Positions 46,645 through 57,596 of a DNA stretch of 64,000 bases are shown piece after piece; position 1 is the stretch's first letter, and every line of letters starts with the position of its first letter. The stretch comes from Candidatus Heimdallarchaeota archaeon. GTDB lineage: Archaea > Asgardarchaeota > Heimdallarchaeia > JABLTI01. The stretch lies in the NCBI GenBank assembly GCA_030614005.1, contig JAUWKS010000002.1, positions 96,101 to 160,100 of the forward strand, in the 5' to 3' direction. A program made the translations under genes and the position numbers. The notes under the pieces were generated by a model. That model was not told the DNA's origin, did no database searches, and saw only the letters and a list, made by a program, of their open reading frames with translations.

Positions 46645-48273
46645 ATGCAAGACTTTCTCAATTGGCGAACGGATCCATTACTAGTGGATATTGAACCTGC
46701 CAGACCTAACCAATGGTTCACAGCAAATGAGTTAATAGAGGGAGATAGAAGAGATTCATTCATAACACCGGAAAATCAATTGCTTCTTTATCCAATCATG
46801 ATCCGAAAAAACGATTTCATAACCGGGGAACGAATCTTGCAATCGTTTCCATATATTCTATTAGACACTAGAATAATTTCCAAATGTCGTAAACAATCTC
46901 TTGCATTAGCAGAAAAAACCCATTATTATTTTCAAGGCTCTAATTATAATCATTCTATTCGTGATTGGCAGAAAAAGTTCATCAGTTATTTAGAAGAACA
47001 ACAACGCCTGCCTTTTCCTCTATTTCGACTTTATGATGATTGGTTAGATTATATAAAAGAGAAAAAATTTGCTCGATTCCAATCTGCTCGAGGAGAGAAT
47101 TTTCAATTACCACTTTATCTTTCCGAGGACTTGGCTTATCTTTCCGGTGTGGTTATGGGTGATGGTCATCTGGCGGAATATTTTGTTAATATCATTGATT
47201 CTTCAAAAGAGCACATTCTAAATTTAAAAGAAAAGCTTGAAGAGCAATTCAATTCCAAAACGGAATTTTTCAAACAACCAAACGCTAAAGCTTGGAATGT
47301 CAATATTCTAGGTAAATGGATCGTTCGCTTCTTTAACTTTATTTTATCACAACCAATTAAAGAGAGAAAATATCCTGCTCTTAGAGAACCATTTATTTTT
47401 CGAGAGAATGAGTATTTTCGCAGTAGGTTTTGGTCAGGATTGATGGATGCAGATGGTACCTATAAAAGAGTTATTGGATTTAGTTCTGCATCCAAACAAC
47501 TTCGATCTGACTTTTCTAATTACTTAGATGAAAACAATATAAAACATCGATTTTATGAGTATAGTGTTTTTGGTGGAACTACTTTTAGTATAACTATTGC
47601 AGGTCATTCAAGAAAGCCATTTGCTCAACAAATAGGTTCAAATCATCCAGATAAACAACAAGAACTGCAGTTACTATTACAGAAAAAAGTCTATCGATTT
47701 TCACCTCGAATTACTACTCTCAGAAAAAAAAACTCATGGAACGAGCAAGTTCAAGACTTTTCTAAAGATGCAATCCTTGATGGTTTTTTTAATCTTTCAT
47801 TAATTACCACTCTACAAATTTTAGATTTAGGTAGTGATATAAAATCACTGCGAAAAAAGCACAAGGAAAAACAAAAAGAATTAGCTTCATATTTAGAGAT
47901 TACCCCTAGTTTACTTTCAAAATATGAATTAAATAAAACAGCACTTCCAATTTATATTCTTAAAAAGATACTTTCAAAATACAATGTTTCATTTAATCAC
48001 TTTTTTTCTCAATTAAGTAATTTAATTTTCCGTTCTACAAGTTCTAGTTGTCAGTTTCCATTAAAACCAGAAGAAAGGTTATTGACTTTAATTAGAGGAT
48101 TACAAATTATGCCAGAAAATTATTTTCGAGTTATAGGATTGAGAGAAGTGTCAATTGAACATTATAAGAAAGAAATTAGTGATTATTTTAAAATTAATGA
48201 ACCTATAACAGATGTTTTTCATAACGCTTGTTTAGTTGAATTGATTCGATCATTTTGCTTAATCCGAAATTAA
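46645..48273 (+). CDS. LAGLIDADG-motif protein with C-terminal HTH, paralog 3 (more divergent)
   Basis: 542 aa with LAYLSGVVMGDGHL and RFWSGLMDADGTY motifs and a C-terminal HTH-like region. The N-terminus MQDFLNWRTDPLLVD parallels MTVLNWQNDPIYFD of paralogs 1/2. Confidence 0.55.
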   Translation: MQDFLNWRTDPLLVDIEPARPNQWFTANELIEGDRRDSFITPENQLLLYPIMIRKNDFITGERILQSFPYILLDTRIISKCRKQSLALAEKTHYYFQGSNYNHSIRDWQKKFISYLEEQQRLPFPLFRLYDDWLDYIKEKKFARFQSARGENFQLPLYLSEDLAYLSGVVMGDGHLAEYFVNIIDSSKEHILNLKEKLEEQFNSKTEFFKQPNAKAWNVNILGKWIVRFFNFILSQPIKERKYPALREPFIFRENEYFRSRFWSGLMDADGTYKRVIGFSSASKQLRSDFSNYLDENNIKHRFYEYSVFGGTTFSITIAGHSRKPFAQQIGSNHPDKQQELQLLLQKKVYRFSPRITTLRKKNSWNEQVQDFSKDAILDGFFNLSLITTLQILDLGSDIKSLRKKHKEKQKELASYLEITPSLLSKYELNKTALPIYILKKILSKYNVSFNHFFSQLSNLIFRSTSSSCQFPLKPEERLLTLIRGLQIMPENYFRVIGLREVSIEHYKKEISDYFKINEPITDVFHNACLVELIRSFCLIRN

Positions 48274-48593
48274 AGTAATGTTTTGATTCTAGACAAAAAA
48301 AAGTTAATAATTCGCACTTTGGGGTGCGTTCGCATCGACGCTACTCATCGCTTACAGCGATTCCTCACGCGTCAGAGCGATTTTCTATTAGTTTTTTGTA
48401 TAAAAAAGTCAAAAGTTTTGAAATACAGCTAATCAGAAAGGAATGTCATTATTTTTGACGTTTATAAATGAAATAGATTTTTGGGCTTTTTTAGTCATTT
48501 TTAAAGAAAATTGGCTAGTGTTTAATAGTTAAGGGTTAAATTTCAGGAAATTAGCAAAAAAGACTGAAAAAAGTGTTAAAATGAGGTTTTTCT

Positions 48594-51500
48594 ATGAGTA
48601 AAGCTGTTTCTTCCACAAAAAAACTTCCTCTTTGTCTTTCTATGGGTGTGACAGAGGTGCTAGAAGGAAGGGAGAGCATAACAGGTAAAGACCTTCTAGA
48701 TTATTTTTCTTTACAGGATAAAACATCTTTTCTTACTAACACGAAAAATTTTGTTCTTGTTTGTGGAAATAAACAGAGACCAAATGACTATGAGCCTAAC
48801 AAATTCCTCGGCTCTTTTGGTGTTCGAAGAGCACTAGCAATGAAGAATTACACTCGATTGCCTGTAATTATTGTTACCAATAACCGTTTTGAAACTTCTA
48901 TGCTTATTGAGCAGTTTAATAAACTAACTTCTTGTTTCAAACTATACACATCAAAGAAAAGTCAAAGAGAAAATATTAATGAAGAAATTAAAGCGGACTA
49001 CCCGAATGAAGCAGACTTTATACTGACAACATATAGCTCTTTCTGGGATCAAACAACAAACAAGGATGATCCATCTTCAGAACAAATTATCTTAATCAAT
49101 CCATTAAGACTAAAATATATCATCGAGGATGTAGGCAAATTAGATGTCATTTTTGGCTGTATACATAGGCATAAGCGAATAAGACCGAATTATTCCTTCA
49201 TTCTTGATGAAGCACACTACCCAATTCTATCAAAGAAAGATTATCAATTCTTATTTAAAGCAGGCAATAGTCTTTTCTTTAGATGCAAAGAGAGAATGCT
49301 TTTAGAATATAATAATCCATTCAGAGAAGCTATTTCTCACCTAACTAGTGATCAATTCCAGCTATTTATTTTCACAGATCTTTTTAGGGGAAGAAAACTG
49401 ATAAAAGAACTGGTTAAAGAGTTCAAATCAACTTTTACTTATAAAATGTACCTCTACAGTAATGGTATTTTTCCAACAATTGATGAAAAATTGCCTTCAA
49501 AAGAACTTCTTAAAGAAAAGAATAGGCTTGATAAGAAAGTTTTAAGTGGAATTGTAAAACAAATACATTTATTCACAAAAGGAAGCAACACCAAAACGAT
49601 AACAGGAAAAGTAACTTACAGCGATTTTGATTTTAACGTTGGCCTCAGTAAACAAGAGATATCTCGAACGTATTCCTGGGATAAACCAAAAGAAGCAGCA
49701 AGATTCCTTCCGGTAGTCACTAAGGAAGAAGGAAGATTCAAACTTAGCGCTCTAGGAGAAGAAATATTTGGTGTGTCATCATGGTTTAGTGGTGTTGAGG
49801 ACAATTTTAGCGAACTTTTAGCTCACTTTTCTAGGATCCTTTACAAAAACAAGAAGGAAAACCACAAATTTTCCGTGAAAGAGATAATCATTTTTTATCT
49901 TCAAATGATAGATTGCAATTATGAAACAGTGAAAAGATTTGAGGAGGCAATTCCTGAAAAGTTAGACACAGAAAAAAAGAATGACCAAATGATCGCAATC
50001 CTTGAAAAGAAATTCAAGCCACTAGTTAAAAATTTCAAAAGAGTTTCAGCAAAAAAAATCCTTGGTGCTTTTGAAAAATTAATGAATACTGAAGCATACA
50101 TTTTCTATCAACAATTCAAGAATTATAAGAAAGAAGAGAAACGTTCCTGGGAAGAGAGAAGGAGAAAAGCGGTCCTAAGAAAAGCAAATTATCAGCCCTT
50201 AGCTGTGAAATTCACAGGTGATTATTATCACATGTTTTGGCAAGACGCCAAGAAGTTATTGGAAGAATTAGTTGAAGAAGGGCGACTTGTCAGGATTATT
50301 TCTTACAATGGTAGAGGAAAACCGATACTAAAGTACCTTACTCAAGAATTACTGGATGCGAACCCTCATTTCCAAAAGAATTGCGGGAACTGTCAATGGT
50401 ACAATCAACGCTTCAAAACATGCACCTTTTTACGTTTAAAACAAGCGAAAAACCCGAGTACAATGACAAAAGAAGAATTTGAATATGCTAATGATACACT
50501 AAGATTTGAAGCAACTGCTTGTGAGAAGTACATAGAAAAAGATGATTTTCAGTCGATGGAAGGCAATGTTAAGTTCACTGCTACCGTTGAGAAGTTAACT
50601 AAAGATATGAAGAATATATCAATGAGCTTTTTATCAGGAGATATTGCAGAGTACAAGTATCATTGTCTTTCTTGCCAGGAACAAATAGAAGAATTTGGTA
50701 CAGGTGATAGAATCTTCTTTCCAAGGAGAAGAATTATTTGTCCTAACTGTTCGACAGTTTATCTTCAACTAAAAGATCGGAAAAAAGTAAAAGTGAAAAT
50801 GGAGGAAAGAGATCATCAAAGAAGCTTATACTTCAAAGAAACTGGGACCATTACTGACGTTTTGAGGAAGAAAGATTCTGCTCGTGTTTTTGTCATACAT
50901 GACATAGATAGTGCTAGATTAAGAATCAACGAAGAAAATGATGAGCCACCTTATTTTCTAGTGATAGGTAAAAATGAAATAGCTCTGGATTTGGTGCAGT
51001 TTGTCTATTTTTCAGGTATACGTCATCAAGAATTAGAAGAAACAATGTGGTTACTAGCGGACCTTGATTCTGAAAGATACAAATACAAAATTAAGCGAAC
51101 AGAACAAAAGTCAAAGAAGAAAAAAGCAAAAAGTCGATATAAAAGACCCTTTTCAGCTGAAGACTATTCCAATATCATAAAAATAATCAAAAAAAGCTCC
51201 GATAAAGAAATATTCAACCATCAATTTTTGGAAGCAAGGCTTATCTCAAATATTGCTGGAATGTTATCAATAAAATATGAAATAGAAATGGAAAGCTTCT
51301 CTGACTGGCATTACAATCACCAATTGTTGGAAATGGTTGATTTGCATATGAAAGTAATTGGCGGAGAAGTAAAGTCAAGCTATTATGGAACTCAATTAGA
51401 AGCACTTAGCAACAAGCACTTTTTTGACTTTTTGAAGGGAGAAGCTGCGAGAGTAGGTCTCTGGTCAAAAGGGCGAGTGAATAGCAGGCTAGTGATAGAT

Positions 51501-52772
51501 ATGCTTAAATCCTTCAGCCAAAAGGTTAGTAGTGCTTTTTCACCTTTAGATGCTTTACTGAATCAAATGTTGCGCTCATTCAGAGTAGAATTAGATCCGT
51601 TGTTTCACAGGATGGGCATGGATCCTGCAATGTTAGGTCCAGGTTTGTTTCATAGACGAAAAACAAAATCTGATATTGACCAGCTAGGTTTTTACTTCGA
51701 CTTAATAGAAGCTGTGCGAGTTCTAGTGCTTGTAACTATTGTTAAAGCTATTCGAGATGGCACCCTCGGTTTTGATGATTGTAAATACGTACTAGGTGAG
51801 GATGGACAAGAGATCTATCAAGTGAAAGGTTCTTCCCTGGATAAATTCACCAATCTGGTTTCAGAAGCTCTTGAACAAACCGTTTCACATCAAGGGCAAA
51901 GAATGACTTTTAAACAAGCTTTTGAATTCAATCTTTTGTGCTTAAGAGTTGCTTTTGAAAAATGTCTTTCAGAGATAGAAGAACATAAACAAATTACTTT
52001 GAAAAAAATCAAGAAGTGTTTTGATGATTCACTTTTTATTTCATTTACTTTCTGCCCTGAAGGACTAGAAGAGAAGTTAATAGATTTAAATCGATTTGCA
52101 AGTAAAGAAGGAGTAATTTTCTTTGGAAAAGAACAAGAAGTTTTGGAACGAAAAGAAACAAGAGAAAAATATAGAAAAGAAGTAAAGAGTCATTGGTACA
52201 ACGAAAATGTGATTAAAAAGCTAAATGCTTTTCGGTTGACCAAACATCAAATTAAAGAGCAAGATAGAAGTTTGCTTGTTATTTTGTTGTTATTGTACAA
52301 TACTTTTGAAAGAGATTTTACAATTGATGAATACTCAACTAATCATTTTAAGGAATTACTTGGAATAACTCAAAACCAAGTACAGAGATTACTTGATCAA
52401 ATGGTTTCCAGTGGATTGCTTCTTCGAGAGAAAGTAAATAGAAAGAATTTCTACGAGTTAAATCTTAAAAATCTAAATGTTAAGGACTTTCGTTTTCTTC
52501 TTGGAGTAAATCTCTCTTTAGAGGAACATCTTCAAAGAGAGTTTATCATCAATATTCCTCCTCATTTAGAGCGAGTTGAAAAGATTATTTCTCAAATCAA
52601 ATTGCTTCCTACTAATCAACAAAAAGTCATAAGAAGTAATTTTTGGTTTGATTGGGAACCAACAGAAATTATTCGAAGAGTAATTGTTTGGGCAGAAGAG
52701 AAAGCTGTAACTAGTAAAGCATTTTTCAAAATGATAGGTGATATTCATGGTAAAAAGCAGTTACATTTTTAA
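48594..52772 (+). CDS. Large multidomain protein of unknown function (Zn-ribbons, wH; possible degenerate DEAH-like motif), co-operonic with helicase
   Basis: 1392 aa with Cys clusters (CGNCQWY...C; CLSCQE...CPNCS) and a C-terminal wH (LLGITQNQVQRLLDQMVSSGLLLREKVNRKNFYEL). An ILDEAHYP segment is also present. Its 3' end overlaps the helicase gene by 35 nt. Confidence 0.5.
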   Translation: MSKAVSSTKKLPLCLSMGVTEVLEGRESITGKDLLDYFSLQDKTSFLTNTKNFVLVCGNKQRPNDYEPNKFLGSFGVRRALAMKNYTRLPVIIVTNNRFETSMLIEQFNKLTSCFKLYTSKKSQRENINEEIKADYPNEADFILTTYSSFWDQTTNKDDPSSEQIILINPLRLKYIIEDVGKLDVIFGCIHRHKRIRPNYSFILDEAHYPILSKKDYQFLFKAGNSLFFRCKERMLLEYNNPFREAISHLTSDQFQLFIFTDLFRGRKLIKELVKEFKSTFTYKMYLYSNGIFPTIDEKLPSKELLKEKNRLDKKVLSGIVKQIHLFTKGSNTKTITGKVTYSDFDFNVGLSKQEISRTYSWDKPKEAARFLPVVTKEEGRFKLSALGEEIFGVSSWFSGVEDNFSELLAHFSRILYKNKKENHKFSVKEIIIFYLQMIDCNYETVKRFEEAIPEKLDTEKKNDQMIAILEKKFKPLVKNFKRVSAKKILGAFEKLMNTEAYIFYQQFKNYKKEEKRSWEERRRKAVLRKANYQPLAVKFTGDYYHMFWQDAKKLLEELVEEGRLVRIISYNGRGKPILKYLTQELLDANPHFQKNCGNCQWYNQRFKTCTFLRLKQAKNPSTMTKEEFEYANDTLRFEATACEKYIEKDDFQSMEGNVKFTATVEKLTKDMKNISMSFLSGDIAEYKYHCLSCQEQIEEFGTGDRIFFPRRRIICPNCSTVYLQLKDRKKVKVKMEERDHQRSLYFKETGTITDVLRKKDSARVFVIHDIDSARLRINEENDEPPYFLVIGKNEIALDLVQFVYFSGIRHQELEETMWLLADLDSERYKYKIKRTEQKSKKKKAKSRYKRPFSAEDYSNIIKIIKKSSDKEIFNHQFLEARLISNIAGMLSIKYEIEMESFSDWHYNHQLLEMVDLHMKVIGGEVKSSYYGTQLEALSNKHFFDFLKGEAARVGLWSKGRVNSRLVIDMLKSFSQKVSSAFSPLDALLNQMLRSFRVELDPLFHRMGMDPAMLGPGLFHRRKTKSDIDQLGFYFDLIEAVRVLVLVTIVKAIRDGTLGFDDCKYVLGEDGQEIYQVKGSSLDKFTNLVSEALEQTVSHQGQRMTFKQAFEFNLLCLRVAFEKCLSEIEEHKQITLKKIKKCFDDSLFISFTFCPEGLEEKLIDLNRFASKEGVIFFGKEQEVLERKETREKYRKEVKSHWYNENVIKKLNAFRLTKHQIKEQDRSLLVILLLLYNTFERDFTIDEYSTNHFKELLGITQNQVQRLLDQMVSSGLLLREKVNRKNFYELNLKNLNVKDFRFLLGVNLSLEEHLQREFIINIPPHLERVEKIISQIKLLPTNQQKVIRSNFWFDWEPTEIIRRVIVWAEEKAVTSKAFFKMIGDIHGKKQLHF

Positions 52773-55700
52773 CAAGAAAGAAATCTTCCCGATTAATCCT
52801 GGTAAACCCCGAAAATGGATCACTATTCATAACCTTCCTGCTACTGAACCAAGGAAAATAACTGGTCTCACATGGCAAGAAGTACTACCTGGTTATGCTC
52901 AAGCTTTAGCAGAAGTGATCGAAGAAATAACTGGTAGTAAGAACCCCTATGAGCACCAAGAACAAGCAATAAAGCATTTATTGAATAATTCTGCTAATAA
53001 GAAATGCCTGGACCTCATAATTAAAGGTGGAACTTATTCAGGAAAATCACTATCTTTCATCGTTCCTGGTATCATCAAGCAAATAAATGAGGAAACGGAT
53101 TTTACAGTCATTTTTTACCCTTCGAAACAATTACTCCTAGACCAATTTGAAAGAGTGAAAGAGTATTTGGTGAAATTCGAGGAAAAAACAGGCATCAGAT
53201 TAATTTGTGAAAAGTACAGTGGAGATACTGGAAATACTAATTACTCTAAAGGGGTAGCTCGTGTAAATGATCAAGAGCTGAATAATTTAGAACAGAACCC
53301 GCCGAATGTCTTGCTTGCCACTTTTGACAAATTTTGGCATCATTATGAGAGTGGGAACAGCAGTCCGTTAATAAAGAAAATAGCATCTGCAAATTATCTT
53401 GTTTTTGATGAGATACATGCATTTGACGGTTACGCTGCAGGTAACATTAAGGGCTTTATTGCTATTCACAAGAAAGCTAATCCTCAGGGGCAATTTATAC
53501 TTTCCTCTGCTACTATAGCTAATGTTGAAGGATTCAGAGACGATTTCTTGCCTAATGCTAAAATAATTACTTGCCCACCAGTGAGAGGAGAACAAGTGTA
53601 TGTTGGCACAACAATTGAACACACAGTTTCACTGCTTGCAGATTTCTGGAAAGAAATGGAAAAAATGCCAGGAAAAACCGGTCTTGTTTTCCTTGATTCG
53701 AAAGAAAACATCGAATTATTAACAGACCTACTCTGTAGGAAACTCAAGCAGGATGACCCTTTCTTTGATCCTGACACTGTGCAGATGATCCACGCAGATT
53801 TGGAATATTATCATCGTAAAAGAGTGCAAGATGAGCTTCGAAAAGGAAATAGAAATATTATTAGAATTCTCATCTCTTCCTCAGTCTTGGAGCTTGGTGT
53901 AAATATCCCTAACATTCAAACAGTATTTAATATTGGCATTCCGATAACACAGAAAGATGGTATTATTCAAAGGATGGCTCGCAATCGCTCTGTTCCCGGT
54001 GAAAGAAGAACGAATGTTTTTCTGTTCGACCTTTCTAAGAAACGTGACAGTTTTTACTGGAACAATAAGGAAATCCTCAAGGACATTCTTGAAACGAATG
54101 CTTGTAACCCTATTCTTTATCCCAAACTTAACCCGAAGATATTGGCGGGGCAAATTATCTTGCACCTTAGATACGGTATTAATGACTTTGGAGAGATAAT
54201 GCAATTCTTCCTTGATCAAGGACCACAAGTTTATCGCTTAGCAAGACAACAATACACTAAACTTGTTAGTTTAAATGTCCTGAAAAAAAGCAGCGATGGT
54301 AAAGTTCTCTTCACAAGCCAAGGAGAAAAAAAGCTAAAAGTGCAAGCAAAAAAGAAAAATCATCTTGTTCCGTTCTCCATACGAGCTATTAAAAATAATT
54401 GGTCTATTAAGAAAAAATTTGGAGAAAGTTCTTACTGGCATGAAAATAGAAAATCTAGTCTTGGTAAGATCTCTACCAAGGATGTTTTAAAGAAAGGATT
54501 GCCTGACAATATTATTACTCGTAACAAAAAACAGTATCTTGTTACGGATAAAGATCAGCAATTAAGAACTATTTACGTTAAAGAATTACTTTCTAAAGAA
54601 AAAAGTGCTGGAAATTTTTCCGGAATAACTAATCGTTTACTTGACCCTCAGATAACTCCTGGTGTTTTCTCTAAGAAAGTTAAAGGAACAAAAATAGTTG
54701 ACATTAGTTTTGGTCAAGTTTCAATTAAGCAACAACCTTTAGCTATTGTTAACTCTAATCCCGAAAAAATTAGTTCTAATAATACTCATGTAAAGGATAA
54801 CAAGAACTTTTTTTGGCAAGAATTAACCCCAAAACGCTCGGAAGAATTGGCTAATACTGAAAAGTCAGATGGATTAGCCATTACATTAACTTCTGATATT
54901 CCAAAACCAAAAGAACTTACAACTAAGAAATTACTAGAATATTTTGGGCGCGTCCTACAAGTTGAGATTGAAACCGTTCTTTCAATTCCAGGTAGTGAAT
55001 TCGCACTTGCGATTAATACTAATCAATTAGCAATTTATGATAAAGGAGACCCAAATGGAAACTCAGAGTATTTGTTTAGTCATTTACAAAAAGTCGCTGC
55101 TCGAACGCTCAAAAGATTGACAGATTGTTCTTGTGAAAATGGTTGCAAAAATTGTTATGGTGAAATTCTTGGCTTATTTCCTAAAGGAGTAAAAGAATCA
55201 CTAAAAATACTTTTCAAGGATTTAACGCTGATTTCTGAAGTGGAGTTTGATGATGAATTGTTGCATGAAATCAATCCTGAGCAAATGAATTTCAAAGAAA
55301 ACAGAATTATTGCTTTTTCAGATATTCATCTTACAAACAAGCTTTGTTTCCAGGAAGAATTTTTCGAAGCGCTCAAAGAGCAGAGTAAACAAGCTGATAT
55401 TATCATCATCAATGGTGATTTATTAGATACTATTTCAGAAGATAGTTATCAGGCTTTTAGTGAATTCAAAAGCATGGCTATACGTGAAGGTTTTTGGTCG
55501 AAACTAGTTCTGATACGCAGTTCTTCTATTCATGACGGCAATCTTGAGCAATTCACAGGTTTCCTCCATCAAGATTATGTTGAAGTTGAGATCGGTTCTG
55601 AACAAGTATTATTCGTCCACGGAAATAGGATCGGCATAAATCCTAGTTTAGTAGATAAAACAAGTATAGGAAAAGCTGTCTTTGAAGCAAAAAAGGCTTT

Positions 55701-55914
55701 AATAAAGCCGGGCAAGATTTGGCTTCCTGTTATTCTCCCTGAAACTCATCTTGTTATTGGCCATGTTCATCTCCGATTTTATAATGAACGCTTTCGAGTT
55801 TATGGTTCTGGTCACTGGACAAAAAAAGGTGACCCTTACAATCAACGATGCATGATAATTCTTGACCCTAATTCTTTAGATGTGCCAAAAATCGTTTCAT
55901 TTGATAACTATTAG
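52738..55914 (+). CDS. SF2 DEAH-type helicase fused to MZB/DUF1998-like Zn-binding domain and C-terminal calcineurin-like metallophosphoesterase
   Basis: 1058 aa with Walker A GGTYSGKSLS, motif II LVFDEIH, motif III SSAT and motif VI QRMARNRS. The 4-Cys cluster TDCSCENGCKNCYGE is DUF1998/MZB-like. Phosphoesterase motifs are AFSDIHL, INGDLLD, FVHGNR and VIGHVHLR. Confidence 0.7.
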   Translation: MIFMVKSSYIFNKKEIFPINPGKPRKWITIHNLPATEPRKITGLTWQEVLPGYAQALAEVIEEITGSKNPYEHQEQAIKHLLNNSANKKCLDLIIKGGTYSGKSLSFIVPGIIKQINEETDFTVIFYPSKQLLLDQFERVKEYLVKFEEKTGIRLICEKYSGDTGNTNYSKGVARVNDQELNNLEQNPPNVLLATFDKFWHHYESGNSSPLIKKIASANYLVFDEIHAFDGYAAGNIKGFIAIHKKANPQGQFILSSATIANVEGFRDDFLPNAKIITCPPVRGEQVYVGTTIEHTVSLLADFWKEMEKMPGKTGLVFLDSKENIELLTDLLCRKLKQDDPFFDPDTVQMIHADLEYYHRKRVQDELRKGNRNIIRILISSSVLELGVNIPNIQTVFNIGIPITQKDGIIQRMARNRSVPGERRTNVFLFDLSKKRDSFYWNNKEILKDILETNACNPILYPKLNPKILAGQIILHLRYGINDFGEIMQFFLDQGPQVYRLARQQYTKLVSLNVLKKSSDGKVLFTSQGEKKLKVQAKKKNHLVPFSIRAIKNNWSIKKKFGESSYWHENRKSSLGKISTKDVLKKGLPDNIITRNKKQYLVTDKDQQLRTIYVKELLSKEKSAGNFSGITNRLLDPQITPGVFSKKVKGTKIVDISFGQVSIKQQPLAIVNSNPEKISSNNTHVKDNKNFFWQELTPKRSEELANTEKSDGLAITLTSDIPKPKELTTKKLLEYFGRVLQVEIETVLSIPGSEFALAINTNQLAIYDKGDPNGNSEYLFSHLQKVAARTLKRLTDCSCENGCKNCYGEILGLFPKGVKESLKILFKDLTLISEVEFDDELLHEINPEQMNFKENRIIAFSDIHLTNKLCFQEEFFEALKEQSKQADIIIINGDLLDTISEDSYQAFSEFKSMAIREGFWSKLVLIRSSSIHDGNLEQFTGFLHQDYVEVEIGSEQVLFVHGNRIGINPSLVDKTSIGKAVFEAKKALIKPGKIWLPVILPETHLVIGHVHLRFYNERFRVYGSGHWTKKGDPYNQRCMIILDPNSLDVPKIVSFDNY

Positions 55915-56221
55915 TAACTTTTTTTCACATTTATCTTATGTCCTATTTGTCCATATTTTGTGGCAACAGTTGACACCCTTAATTATATCACTTGTTTTCA
56001 GAACAGAATAATTTCTTCGTTCCATACCTGTTAATTTCAAGCCGGTTAGAAAAGCAATTAACCCTAGAGTAGGTCCGATGAACACAATAATAGCTATTAC
56101 ATTCATAGTTTCCACGACAAAACTCAACTCTGTAGTGATTAGGATGTTATTTCTACTATTTGAATTATGCCACAAATTACTTGCAGTCTATATTTGCTAT
56201 TTTTGACTTTATTCAGTTACT

Positions 56222-57088
56222 ATGATAACATTATTCAAATGGATAAAGGAAATTATTACTATGCCAACGATAGCAATTAGTGATATTGATATTTATTATG
56301 AGATTCTTGGAAAAGGTCCCTCATTGCTTTTTATTCATGGTGGATGGGTTAGTCGAAAGATGTGGACCCCCCAAGTGAAACATTTTTCAGCTAATTATCA
56401 AGTTATTACTTGCGATATTAGGGGTCATGGACGTACTGGTGGTTCTTTAAAGAAGAGATATTCAATGGAACTCTTTGCTTCTGATATTGTAGAGATGTTA
56501 GAGAAGCTTCAAATAAATGAACCAATTATCGTTGGACTTTCAATGGGTGGAATGGTTGCTCAGGTTTTAGCTACAAAATATTCCGATTATCCCATCAAAG
56601 CACTAATTTTATCTGATACTGCTATTTCCTCGGAACTTACCTTCAATGACAAATTAATAAAATATCTTTTCGCTCCAAAATGGTTGTTCTTATTAATAGT
56701 GCGATTATTAGGAGTGAAAAGATATGCCAACTTTGCTTTCTGGTTTGCAAAAAAATCTCGCGGTGAGAAGTGGGTTGGCGAAGATGAAAGTATTATTGAC
56801 TATGAAAAAGAAGAGATGAATAGATTTGACGTTAAAGAATTTAACAAGATATTTAGTGCTATCTATGATTATAAAATTCAAGATCTTTCAAAAGTCAAGG
56901 TTCCCACTTTACTAATTAATGGTGAATTTGAATCGAAATCTGTTTTTCAACATGCTAATAAAATGAACGAATTAATAGAACATTCCACTATGAAAATAAT
57001 TGCTAATGCAGGTCATACCTCAAATATGGAAAATCCTGATGAATTTAACAGAGTTTTAGCTGAATTTCTTCTTAAGAATAAATTATGA
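56222..57088 (+). CDS. Alpha/beta hydrolase fold protein
   Basis: 288 aa with nucleophile elbow GLSMGGMVA and a typical N-terminal HGGW segment. Confidence 0.6.
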   Translation: MITLFKWIKEIITMPTIAISDIDIYYEILGKGPSLLFIHGGWVSRKMWTPQVKHFSANYQVITCDIRGHGRTGGSLKKRYSMELFASDIVEMLEKLQINEPIIVGLSMGGMVAQVLATKYSDYPIKALILSDTAISSELTFNDKLIKYLFAPKWLFLLIVRLLGVKRYANFAFWFAKKSRGEKWVGEDESIIDYEKEEMNRFDVKEFNKIFSAIYDYKIQDLSKVKVPTLLINGEFESKSVFQHANKMNELIEHSTMKIIANAGHTSNMENPDEFNRVLAEFLLKNKL

Positions 57089-57093
57089 AAATC

Positions 57094-57480
57094 TCAACCA
57101 TGAAAAAGATCATCAGTTGTGTCAAAATTTTGTTGTTGTTCGTCTTCTTCTTGCTCCTTTCTTTTGTTATTAGCAATATAACCATAGATACTATTTGATA
57201 GGAATATTAGTGTAATTGAGCAAGCAAAAACACTTACAATAATTGAACCAGCATGGGGCACATCATCTAGAAAAAGCATTATTACGCATGCTATTGCTAT
57301 GATAAGAAACACTATAGAAACAACCAGTAGTTTATTCCTTTCACCTATTGCATTACATTTGAAAGAACAATAATATGGTGGATCGTTACGTCTATATCGT
57401 GTTCCACTATGAAAACTACTTATCGGTGATTTCCCACAAATCTTACAAACCTCTTCTTTGTCAGAATAACCCAATACCAA
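57094..57480 (-). CDS. Zinc-ribbon membrane protein, hypothetical
   Basis: 128 aa with CKICG...C, two TM helices and an acidic C-terminal tail. Confidence 0.4.
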   Translation of the reverse strand: MVLGYSDKEEVCKICGKSPISSFHSGTRYRRNDPPYYCSFKCNAIGERNKLLVVSIVFLIIAIACVIMLFLDDVPHAGSIIVSVFACSITLIFLSNSIYGYIANNKRKEQEEDEQQQNFDTTDDLFHG

Positions 57481-57596
57481 TTTTCTCCTTTGAAATATTT
57501 CATCTATAAATATTTAATACTAAAAAATAGAAATCTTGGATATGTTTCTATTAGTTAATTTTTAGATTTACTTTTTCATTCTAGAAAAAAGAAAAA

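Larger units (their letters stand above)
25536..55914. other. Putative accessory/defence island downstream of the tRNA-like gene
   Basis: The segment is a contiguous block of defence-type, mobile and paralogous genes (RAMP cassette, LAGLIDADG x3, AbrB x2, DUF4258, Cas1-like/Cas4-like operon, STAND NTPase, TnpB, helicase-phosphoesterase operon) with no housekeeping genes. It begins directly at the 3' end of a tRNA-like gene. The right boundary is not defined by any repeat I could find. Confidence 0.3.
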
